Source: Amoebidium appalachense (lineage: Eukaryota > Protista > Ichthyosporea). From it: 64,000 bases of DNA. The stretch is from assembly GCA_963693365.1 (NCBI GenBank), contig CAVNZM010000007.1, forward strand, positions 310,001 through 374,000. Reading direction: 5' to 3'. Below are positions 45,455-57,788 of the stretch, piece after piece (the stretch's first letter is position 1; every line of letters begins with the position of its first letter). A program made the translations under genes and the position numbers. Below the pieces are notes generated by a model. It ran no database searches. It worked only from the letters and a program-made list of their open reading frames with translations, and had not been told where the DNA came from.

Positions 45455-45690
45455 GGCGCTGGCCGGTGTCTTCAGAGCTCTCTGAGAAAACTCATGTTTT
45501 CAGGTGATGTTTTATTAGCCATACTTCTATTTTCAGTGTGCAAAGGCATCATTTAGTTGTTTTTAGAGAGCATTTTGACACAATTATACCCTATACATGT
45601 GTCATTTCTTGTAAAAACTACACACACATCCTAACGACAACAAATCAACCACACACCTCAACCCCTGTCTCCCTTCTTCGTCCGATCATC

Positions 45691-46763
45691 ATGTTACGCG
45701 CACGTCTTATGCGTCTACGCCCGGTCGGGCGTACAACAGCCGCTCCGCCCACAGGATCCACACGACCCGACCCGAAAGCAATGGAAGAGACTGTCGCTGC
45801 TGCAGATGAGTCGTTTGGGCCGGGTCAGTTTGGCCCACTATTTCCTACCTGGCAACCATTCATAAAGGTGGCGACTTATGGGATCAGCGGAGGTGGGTCT
45901 TGGATGTTGTGGATGAATTTCGGGTGCATGGTTCTGTGTAGTTTGGGATGATGGTGGGGGAGGGGGGGGGGGGGGAAGGGGGGGAGGGGAGGGGGGGGGG
46001 AGCGAGAGAGAGAGAGGGGGGGGGGAAGAGGCAGGGAGAGTGAGAGAAAGAATGGGGAATTAGAAAGAGGGACAGGGTTGAGGAGACTAAGGGGGAGTGT
46101 GGTGGAAGAAAGAAAAGAGGTGTAGTGGAGGGCTGTGTGCGCAGTTGTTCTTGATGAACCAATGGGCATATAGAGCCTGAAAAGCAAAAGAAAGAGAGAG
46201 GAGTGTAGTTGGGACTCAGGTAAGGGATGATGTTGAGGTCGAGGTGAGGGGCGATTGGGAGAGGAAGGTCGGAAGAGCGGGGAGGAGGGAGAGAGGGAAG
46301 GCGGGCCGGGGGGGGGGGGGGGGGGGGGGGAGGGAGGGGGAGGGGGGAGGGAGAGGTGGTTCGTTTCAGAAACGAAGATGTGCACTTGTAGAGGTCAGAA
46401 GGGGAGGGCAGGGGAGAAAGTGGGGAGAGTGTAGCGTGAACGTGGGAAGTGTACGTGGGCAGAAGGTTTTTTTCGTTATGCTACCTTTGGTCGTGTAGGT
46501 GTTGGAGTATGCATGCGTCTGAAAGGTGTACAGGCACTTACTATGCCTTGATTAGTAGTGGCAGAAAACTTGCTTCACATGCGCCGGTTAACACGAAGAC
46601 ACGCAAGTGGGTATTGTCAGTCTAACCTCCCTCCTCTGATCTTGCCTATCTCCGTGCATACGCGTGCATCTACCCTCATCTCATACCCCGCCCCCCTCCC
46701 CTCCCCCTCCCCCCGCCCCCCCATACACACACATGCACTTTCACACACACGCGTGCGTGCGCA

Positions 46764-46804
<41 letters not shown>

Positions 46805-47034
46805 CGGTATTCTTCTACTGTGTGTTATGGTACGACTGGGGCCCGAAGGAAAACTGCTTCACACCGGTAAGTGCTTTATTTGTTACACGTATGCTCGTTT
46901 CTGAGCCAATGCCATATCATACATGGGTGAACAAACCTGTGGTTCCTGATTGAACACACACACATACAAACACACGCATACACACAAACATGCATGCGCA
47001 CTCACTCCCACCCGTGGGTGCATGCGCACCCACC

Positions 47035-47106
<72 letters not shown>

Positions 47107-47174
47107 CACAAATCTGCACGTAGACGCCCATCTGCACAGCGCGCCTAGGCAAGCACGCACACACAAGTGCACGC

Positions 47175-47213
<39 letters not shown>

Positions 47214-47796
47214 CCACACGCACACGCACACACACCGTGCACACACACACGCACGCACACACACACCGTGCACACACACACACACACACACACGGGGCAA
47301 ACACCCCATAAATTCTAACGACCTGTGCCCAACCATACCCAACCTCCATCCCGACTCTCCTTGTTATTAGGAACCAGCCTGAAGTGCCCATCTGTGAGTG
47401 CATTCTCACGTGTGATTGTGTCCATCACACTCTTTCTTTTCCTTTTTATTTTCTTCACGTGCACAACATCCCCCCCCTCCCCCCTCCTCCCCCAAAACAC
47501 AACCCCGCCCGCCCGTCCACCCACCTGCTCACCTAGTCTGTCGAAGGATAGATTCTGTTTAGCATGCATGATGTCTCCGTGTGGTTTGCACTCTGCATTG
47601 TGCTGTCCGTTATGAATGTGTACTTCGCACTCCATAACACGTTCTAACTCTCTCCCCTCCCCCCTTCCATATATGGCAGGTGCGTAAGGTCTACCACTCG
47701 TTTATGGACCGGGTATTCTGGAAGCTACCAGAGGCAGAGGAGGCCGAGCTCAAGGCGCAGGTAGCCAATCAGAAGACAGCACAGGGCTCACAGTGA
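45691..47796 (+). CDS. Small single-pass membrane protein, probably mitochondrial, function unknown (126 aa)
   Basis: Exons 45691-45892, 46805-46866, 47680-47796 join in phase. Arg-rich N-terminus [14 protein letters not shown] resembles a presequence; TM segment [18 protein letters not shown] is followed by [14 protein letters not shown]. Confidence 0.75.
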
Positions 47797-48081
47797 GCAC
47801 GTGCTCACTGTGTGCATGCAGTTGCTTTCATATCCACCGTCGTTTTCCATTAAATACTTCAAATATAGCAGATAGGTCGTACGAGGGGGAAGAAGACCGG
47901 GTGGGGAGGGAGAGAGAGAGGGGGGGGGGGGGGGGGGGGGATATTTGATAATGATGGATACACCCCCTTTCTGACGGCACACAATTAACTGTGTAAGACT
48001 GAGTGCTTCTTAGGTGGCCGTTTTGGCAGAATTCATGATGTTTATATAACAATCACCCTCCCCCCCCCCCCCCCCCCCCCC

Positions 48082-48112
<31 letters not shown>

Positions 48113-48940
48113 TTTTTTTGCCCTGTCGCAATTCTTTTATTTAACCTTCTCGCACAAGTGGACGGCCAGGGGAAAGAGGAGGAGGAGGAGGAGGAGGGGG
48201 GGGGGGGAGGGGAGGGGGGGAGTTGGACAGAAGGAGCACAGTAAATGAAGGATGCTGCAGGCAGCACCTGGAGTCTAATATTTGATGGCAGACAAACGAT
48301 GGGAGGAGGCTGGTCCCTCGTGTCCCATATTATGTGACGAATGACAGGTATGGCGCCTGCCCAATTGGGCGCAGCCGTCAAAATTTATTAAGTTGAGCGA
48401 ATTTGATGCCCCATACGTGTGGTTACGAGAGTGTCGACCGGTACACACAAACACACGGTGTCCACACATACACAAACACACACACGTACAGTGACGCACC
48501 GTGTGACACAGGTACACAACACCGTGGTATTGCACCCCCCCCCCCCACACACACACACACCTACTGAGGCACCCGGGAAGGACACACACACGTACAAACA
48601 TACACAGTCAGTTACAATTGTCAACATACAAACTTTATAAATCGTATCACGCAGTTGGTCAGTAACTACAATTGTAGATTTTTTTTTTATTGGATTTTTC
48701 AAAACTTTTTTTTGAGGACATGGGCCATATTTGGCGGCCTGTCCCAGCAGGCCTTTTCGTTCTTTTGATGCCCGGGGTTCGATATTCGAACCCTTGCAGA
48801 CGCGACAAAGTGAGTCAGAGAATTCCCTTAGAGCCTCTACCCAAACCACACATGTACAACACCCGGTTATATCAAGCCATTTGCTGGCTCTTGTTTTCTG
48901 CAGTTATATTTGTTAGCGCTGATTTGGTAGAAGCTGAGAG

Positions 48941-48995
48941 ATGGAGGGACCACAAAGACCAAGCGATGATGAGATCATAAAGCAGGTGTGGCCCC

Positions 48996-49035
<40 letters not shown>

Positions 49036-49854
49036 AGTTTCCCTCCCTTCTCTCTCTGTCTCTCTCTCTCTCTCTCTCTTTCTCCCCCCCCCCCCCCCCC
49101 GCCCTCTCCCCCTTCCCCCCCTCCCTCTTCTCCCCTCTCTCTTCCGCCCTCCCTTCTTCCCTCCGCCCCACTCTTTTCCCCGCTCTCCTTCTCCCCTCCC
49201 CCCCCTCCCCCCTCACCCTTTCTCTCCATACACAAGCCCACTACCATCTACAATGTTTTTGATGAGTGCTTGGCGGCACAAGTTTATGCGTGCACGTTTG
49301 CTTGCGTTTGCACTTTCGGGCGCTTCCAATCCGTGTAGGGCTACGCAGAGACACTGTGAGTGTTCCATTTAACCCATTAACTATGAGCGGCAGTTTAACC
49401 TGGTGAAGAACCTGGTTTTCTGGTGTCTGTTTAGTGAGATCTTGTTTGCCGTTTAGTGACTCCTTTCATTTTTTTTTCCCCCTTGCTGCACACGCCTTCC
49501 CGAAAGCCAAAGCTTTCCCTATCTGTTTAGCACGCATTGACACCCTACTGTCACATCTCGATGGCTGAAAACCTTCTTCTCCTTGACTTTTCATTATCTA
49601 TTCCCTACATGCTGCCGCCCGTTGTCAACTATCCTTCATCCCCTCACATCATACATTCCTCTCCCCTTCCTGTGTGCCAGCCTTCCCCCCTTCCCCCCTC
49701 CCTCCCCCGCCCCTCCCTTCTCCTCTGTGCCTTCACGATACTCACATGGATCCCTCGATCTTTTCTCTTCTTACTACCAGTACGTATGTACTTTTCTGTC
49801 CCCCTCCCCCCCCCCCCCCCCCCCCCTCCCTCCTTCCCTTTTCTCTCGCTCCCC

Positions 49855-49891
<37 letters not shown>

Positions 49892-50424
49892 GGGCGTCCT
49901 CACGGTGTAGCCTGGGAAAAAAGAGGACTTAAGTTCCGTGCAGTTACCTTTGTCTTCCCCCTTCTTTGGCAACATCAAAATCTCTAAAGTCATTTCTGTC
50001 AATAGTTTCTGTGTTTGAATAGTCTATCTTAATACTTTTTTGGTTTTTTTTACCGCGTTTATATGAAATGGGCTTGTTTTCTTGGTCGTCTATGACCATA
50101 TGGGATTTAGCCATACGTGCTTCTAAACGTTAACTACGTAATAACACCCCAACTTAACCATTTTTTTATTGTTACTACGCACACCCATTTGGAGTGCTAT
50201 ATATGGTTCCACACCACAAAACCACCCAACCACACTCCCATTTTAACCCATATTAAACCTTTAACCCGTCTATTTGATTGGCAGATAAGTGCGCTGGAGG
50301 CTGAGCAGCTAAGCAACCCTCTGATTGGTCCTTTGGAGTCTGTTTCTCGCCTGGCCAGAGAGTATGAGGGGGGGTCCGAGGTCTTCGTGCAAAAGACTAA
50401 GGTTGTTACCCCCTCCCCCCCCCC

Positions 50425-50464
<40 letters not shown>

Positions 50465-50653
50465 ACACACACACACCACTACCACCACCACCATAACAAC
50501 CACCAATCCCCCCGTTTTTTTCCCCCTTCTTTTCTTTCTTTCTTTCTTTCTTTTTTCGATGAAGCTGCTTCTTGACAAACCCTGCTTGTGGTTAGCCAAG
50601 GCAGTTTGAGTCACCCATTCGTTGAAGCAGTTGGTGGGTTTATCATGTGTTTA

Positions 50654-50704
<51 letters not shown>

Positions 50705-51761
50705 ACCCACCCACCCCCCCAAAAAAAAAGAAAGGAAAAAAGAAGAAAAGAAAAGAAAAGAAAAGAAATAAGTTAGAAAACATAAGAAAAGTTTTCGCCT
50801 ATCCCCCCCCCCCCCCCCCCCCCCCCCCCTCGGCCCCCAAAAAGGGAGGCAAATTAGAAATAATAAAAGGGTTCCGTCATCTCACTTAAAAACCCCCCAG
50901 GAAATTTGCCGGCGCTACACGCACATGCGCAAGGTCTGCAGTGATGGCAACTGCTTCTACCGGGCATTTTCTTTTGCCCTCCTCGAGCATGCACATGCCA
51001 CCCGCCAATCAGACCCATCCGTTCTAGCGGCCCTCAAAGAGACGGCAACAAACAGCACCGCTGTAAGCCCTCCCCCCCCCCCCCCCCCCCCCCCCCCCAC
51101 CACCACCACCACCAAAAAAAAAAAAAAAAAAAAAAAAAAAACGAAATCACGTCCTGTCCACTTTCGTTCCACACTATGCGAGCTTATCAGTTGTATTGTG
51201 TGTTCTTTTCCTTATCCCTTGGTTTACCTGTACTTGTATATAATGCCCTTATCACTAGACCTGATACTTATATTTTTTGACGCCCTTATAACTAAATGGG
51301 ACACTTTAGTTATGCAGCCCTTATCACTAGACCCTATACTTAAATTAAATTATTCCCTTATCCCTAGACCTGATACCTGTATTGATATCTTCATGCGTGT
51401 ATGCGCCCTTCCTTCCACTGCGATTAGAAAAATCCCTGCACTTTACAGAATTCCGCCACTCTAGAGATTCGTGACGGACCACCCTCCCTCTTGCCCGACA
51501 CTCTTTCTTCCTACACCGGACACACCATCAGAACTACAGTCCTGCATGGACTCCATCCCTCCTTTCTCCCTTATTTCATTACATATTTTCCCTCTCTCTT
51601 CCTCCTCTCTCTCCCTCTCCCCTCCCCCCTCCCCCCTCCCCCCCTCCCCTCCCTTCCCGTCCTCCCCTGGGTGGGCTAACCCCTTTCCCCCCTTATGAGC
51701 CCGGTTCCTCGAGACAGCACCTATCCTGAAATCTTTTCACACTCCTTCCTGTTCCTCATAA

Positions 51762-51795
<34 letters not shown>

Positions 51796-52072
51796 TTCCC
51801 CCTCTGCCCGCCCGCCTCGGTGGAGCGCACGGCTTGTCTCTACTCTTACTTCGTACTCTATTCGTGCTCTTTTTTGCATATCTGTAACGTGTAATCCGTT
51901 AAGATTTGCACCTGAGACACTGTACGGTGCTCTAACCCCCTCCCCCCCCCCCCCCCTCCCCCCCCCCCCCCCCCCCGCTCCCCTCCTTCCACACCCCGCC
52001 TTCCACCCACACAGACACACCACACCCTCCTTCACCCCCCTCCCCCCGTACTCCCCCCCCCCCCCACCACCA

Positions 52073-52122
<50 letters not shown>

Positions 52123-53938
52123 ACTCACACACTCACACACTCACGCACAGCTCCTCACGTCCATAGGCCTCTCCACGTTTGTCTTTGAGGACTTCTACGA
52201 TCTATTTATAGCACAGGTCAACCGATTGGCTGAGTGCACGCTATCTGATCTGGAAGATGCATTTCGAGATGACGAGATATCCAATGGCATCACTCTGTAC
52301 ATGCGATTCCTGACATCGGCAGAACTGAAAATAAACGCAGACGAGGTACCCTCCCTTTCTCTCGCTCACATACAGACACAAATAGACGCACACACCTGCA
52401 CACGCATGCCCACAAGCAGGTATGCACGCCCACACACACACACGCACACACATGCCAACAAACATGCGCTACACACACGCACACACATGCTAACAAACAT
52501 GTGCTACACACACGCACACGCATGCCAACAAACATGCGCTACACACACGCACACGCATGCCAACAAACATGCGCTACACACACGCACACGCATGCTAACA
52601 AACATGCGCTACACACACGCACACGCATGCCAACAAACATGCGCTACACACACGCACACACATGCCAACAAACATGCGCTACACACACGCACACGTATGC
52701 CAACAAACATGCGCTACACACACGCACACGCATGCTAACAAACATGCGCTACACACGCCCGTGCAAACACCACACACAGCGCGTGCGAAAACACCTACGG
52801 GCACACGCACAAGTACACGCACACGCATACCCGTACGCACAGACAAACACACGTGTTTCTTTCATAAATTAAGTTTTATGGAATTGTTTCTCCATACGCT
52901 TGAGTTCCCTCCCTCCCCCCCCCCCCTCCCCCCCTCCCCCCTCCTTCTCCCCCCCTCAGACGCAATTGATGACTTGGGCCCTCCCTGAGGATGGGCTCTG
53001 CTTATGACGCATACTGTGCGCATGGCTGATGTTGCATACTTGAATGTTTGCCTTTGCATGTGTCCTGCACCATGCTTCTTGTCGTATATGCGTACTTCGT
53101 ACCGTATTCCGCATTCAAACCTCCCCTCCCCCCCCCCCCCCTCCCCCCCCCCCCCCACACCAAGACGGGTTGACCCGCCCAAGTTCAGTTGATGCTGCTG
53201 TCTGAGTTGGAGCGTCGTATATACGCGGGCTAAGGGGTCGAAACTCAGACGCAATTGATGACTTGGGTCCTCCCTGAGGATGGGCTCTGCTTATGACGCA
53301 TACTGTGCACATGGCTGATGTTGCATACTTGAATGTTTGCCTTTGCATGTGTCCTGCACCATGCTTCTCGTCGTGTATGCGTACTTCGTACCGTTTTCCG
53401 CATTCAAACCCCCCCCCACACCACCCACCCACCCACCCGCCCCACCACCACAGCCTCTGCCCCTCCTAGTACATAGAAAATATACACATGTTTGTTGGAG
53501 TGTTCAAGGGGTGTTACTGAGTAAGATGCAAGTATGGGATAGGGCCTTTGATTTCTCCTGTCCTGATTCACCCGCCCACCTCAGCCCCCCCCCCCCCCTC
53601 CCCCCCCCCCCCCCCCCACCCCCTCTTCCGAACCCCCACCAACGCAACCCCTTGCCCTTTCCCTTCCAAGACTCACAATTAGGGTGGGGGGAGGGGGGGG
53701 GGGAGCAAAGCGGGATGTTTCTGTGGCAGTCCCACTCTTTGCAATCAACACTTGAGACACGGACATGCTCGTTCACTTCTGGGACCCGTTATCATGGCTC
53801 ACATCCTCCCCCCCCTCCCCCTCCCCCCTTCCCCCCGCCCCCTCCCCCCCCCCCCTTCCACACACACACACACACCCACAAGCAGACGTACGTGCAAACA
53901 CACACACACACACGTGTACACATACACACATACACACA

Positions 53939-54029
<91 letters not shown>

Positions 54030-54109
54030 CATGCCATTCATTGACGAGGGTCTCTCCATGGATCAGTTCTGCAACCTGCACGTGGACAGGTTTGGGGAGG
54101 AGGCAGACC

Positions 54110-54163
<54 letters not shown>

Positions 54164-54626
54164 GTGTGTCTGCGTGTGTACGTGCGTGTGTGTGTGCGTG
54201 CGTGTGCCTGCGTTGGGGGGAGGGAGAGGGGGTGTTGTTGCGCCTGTTCCTTCCATGTCGATTGAAGATAAAGAAGGGCAAGTAGGCATGATTGTTAGTG
54301 GGTGGAGTGGTTTGAGGAGTGCATCCATGATAGGAGGGTGTTTGGAGTATATCAGGGTCACATTGAGATGGGACCAAGGAAGGCACATGGAACACGAACA
54401 CTGTTTTTTTTTTGTTTTTTTTTGGGGGGGGGGGGGGGGGTCACTAGGGGCCATGTTATGCATTGTTTATGCATACCCACGGTGACCGGTTGTGTCGATG
54501 AACGACAGTCACAGGACTGGAGAACCCTAGAATGAGCGAGGCGGTTTGGCTTGATTTATGATTGGATCGACGGTGTGTGGGTGAGTGGCTGGTCTTTTGG
54601 TGTTCGTTTACTCCCCCTATATTGGG

Positions 54627-54661
<35 letters not shown>

Positions 54662-54772
54662 GAGGGGGGAGGGGGAGGGGGGGGGGGGGGGGGGGGGCTT
54701 ACTAATATCAAATAACAGTGTGATCGGTGGTTAGCCACTGAAATCTACCCCCCCCCCCCCCAAAAAAAAAAA

Positions 54773-54824
<52 letters not shown>

Positions 54825-54995
54825 CTGCAAATCACAGCGCTAATGCGCGTGTTCCACCGTCAACTGCACATCTTATACCTGGACCAGTCAGCCATCGACC
54901 AACCAAACATCATCGATATTGGCTCGGAGGGGGCAGTAGATCTACCCACTCACTTCCTCTACAAACCGGGCCACTATGATCTACTTTATGCCTAG
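48941..54995 (+). CDS. OTUB1: Otubain-type ubiquitin thioesterase (peptidase C65), 257 aa
   Basis: Exons 48941-48985, 50285-50401, 50901-51062 (DGNCFYRAF, catalytic Cys), 52151-52345 (YMRFLTSA), 54028-54111 (FCNLHVD...EAD), 54825-54995 (LYKPGHYDLLY, catalytic His). All phase 0. Confidence 0.93.
52451..52757 (+). repeat. 35-bp intronic minisatellite, ~9 units
   Basis: CATGC(C/T)AACAAACATGCGCTACACACACGCACACG in otubain intron 4. Confidence 0.9.
52955..53409. repeat. Two near-identical ~170-bp copies of a structured dispersed repeat (SINE/MITE-like or snoRNA-like) in otubain intron 4
   Basis: 52955-53120 and 53237-53409 differ at only a few positions; both end at poly-C. A third copy lies at 18699-18844. 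Confidence 0.85.
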
Positions 54996-56564
54996 ATCTA
55001 GATTTTATTTCAGAATGGGGCAACAAAGTGGGTCACTGTAATCTACTCTATGCCTAGATTGTCGACAGATGGGTCAATGTGTTCTACTCAATGTAGATAT
55101 ACATAGATGGTCGACAAACTTTGATGGTTTACTTTGTTCTACTGTATGCCTAGTTGGCTGACAAAGTGGGTCACTGTGATATACTTTATCAATAGATGCG
55201 AGATAGGCTGTGTGTGTGTTCTCATGTGTGTGTGGGGGGGGGGGGGGGGGGGGGGAGGGAGGGGGGGGGGGGGGAGGGGAGGGGAGGGGGGGGGAGGGGG
55301 GGGGGGGGGGGGGGGGGGGGGTCGATCGAATGCATGGATAACAAACACCACTGAACAAGACATCCATATACATATGTGATGGTGGCGGGTAGGCAGGACA
55401 CGTGTGGGTAGGGTGGGCATATGTATGAAAATAGTCTGAAGATGTGCACCCAGTGGGGTGCAAATATGCGAATGCAATCATGTGGGGATGCTGTGCCCCT
55501 GTGAGCCATGACGTCATGTGCCAACGCTGTACACATGCCCCCCTCCCCCCCCCCCCCTTTCTCCTCTCCACCCCCCCATCCCCCCGGCCACACACACACA
55601 CACACACGCACACACACACACCCACCCACCCACCCCCCCCCACACACACACATGCATACATCCCTGCACAGGCCGTTTTGCCTTAGCCCCCGAGAGTCTG
55701 AGATCAAGGGTGGGGGGGATAATGCAAATGTATGTTTTGAGTGAGTGTGTGTGTGTGTGTTTGGGAGAGGACGGGGGGAGGGGAGGGAGGGGGGTAAAGG
55801 GGGATATTCTTGCCAGCTAATATTAATTAGTGTTCGTTACATAAGAGCTATCCAAGTATTTATTCGACAATCTTGTTGTATATAAAGCAAGAAACCAAAA
55901 TAAAGGGAATTCATGAGAGTTGCACATCTTAGCACACGTCTATCCCGAGTGAAAGTTCGCATATCTATTCCAAACGCATTGTCCCTTGGACAACCTTCAT
56001 TCCAACGCATGCAGGATTATACACGGTTGTGTCCACTAGGTCCACTAGGATAGTATCTTGCCTTTAACTAATTTATAGAAAAAGACCGTTAAGTCCACCT
56101 AGTGCAAAAAGTATGTGTCGAGTCTACTCATGGTTTATGTGTCGCCACACAGTTGCAGCTAATGTATCCGGATCAAATTATCCGTATTTTCATTCGTGCA
56201 AAATCTACTCAGTGGCCCAATCATCACATGCCGCCAACACAAATATTGCAAGTACATAACCTAAAAGCACCTTCAACGTGAGCACACAGGCCACTCCCTG
56301 TTTCTGCTCATGTATACGGACTTGGGTGCCGAGTGTAAAACACAGCACTGACCGTATTTGTAAACCCACAGAGCAAGAAAGACAGAATGCGGCACATAGG
56401 TAGGTGTGGGCAATGTCAGACAGGGATATTGAGGTGCCAGGGGGCACGAGGAGCCGTGGCTGGGTATGGTTGGGTACCCCGCGAGGGGAGGAGGGGGGGG
56501 GGGGGGTTGTATGTTAAATGGGAAAGGGGAAGGGGAAGGGGGGGGGGGGGGAGGGGGGGGTCTT

Positions 56565-57017
56565 TCATGAATTTTCCGGCTTGTTGTATGGGTGTAACCT
56601 CTGGCTCCTTCGCTTCTGTTTGCTCTTGTCTTTGTGGCTTGTTCCATCTCCCGAGCTTGATGGATCCGCCCCCTCCTTTGGCGGTTTAGCGGGTTGGGTT
56701 GCGTCAACGGCGGCATCCAGTTCAATCTGAAGGCGGGGTAGATCCTGTGTGTGTGTGTGTACGTGTGTGTGTACGTGTGTGTGTACGTGGGTGAGTGAGT
56801 GGTTGAATGGGCGAGTGGGTGGGTGAGTGGGTAGGTAATTGGGGAATGAGTGAGAGTGAGGAGTGAGAGTGAGTGAGTAAGTATGTGTACACTGCATTCG
56901 GGAGTGCAATGGGCAACCCTTTGATCAGATCAGAAAGTTGTTGTAAAGTGTTCTCGCATTGAATTTCCTGGGTGCAGCCCTTTTCTTTTCCTCTTTTTAG
57001 ATCTTCCGATCACAGGT

Positions 57018-57074
<57 letters not shown>

Positions 57075-57346
57075 TGGTGGTGGTGGTGGTGGTAGGGGGG
57101 GGGGGGGGGGGGAGGGGGGAGCCGGAGGCGGAGGCGGGGGGACGATGGCGAAAACAATCACACAGCATCAACGAATGCACGTACACACACACACACACAC
57201 CAAAATACACAAATGCGCAGATATGTACTCGCACACCACATGCACCAATAGGCAGAGCCACAAACTTTTACACATACACTGAGCCCAATACAAATCAAGT
57301 CATTACAAGTCAAACCTGGCTTTGCCACTGCTCTCATACTCCACTT

Positions 57347-57435
<89 letters not shown>

Positions 57436-57729
57436 ACCTCTCTCTGGGCTTCTACACAGTCACAGAACATTGGTGTTTGTTCGTGATCGTTGAGAATGGC
57501 GGTGCACTCGTATGATAGGTGGTGGTGTAATAAGGGTGTGTGTGTGTGTACTTGTTTGTGTTTGTGTACATGTGTGCGAGCCAGCGTGGGTATGCGGGGT
57601 GCAAGGTTGTGTGTATAAGCCTCTGTTGTGTGGGTGGATGGGTGGGTGGGTGGGTGTGGATATGTGTGTGTGGGTACCGGCTGGTACATGTGCGTGTGTG
57701 TAGGTGAGTATCTGTGTGTGTGTGTTTCT

Positions 57730-57788
<59 letters not shown>

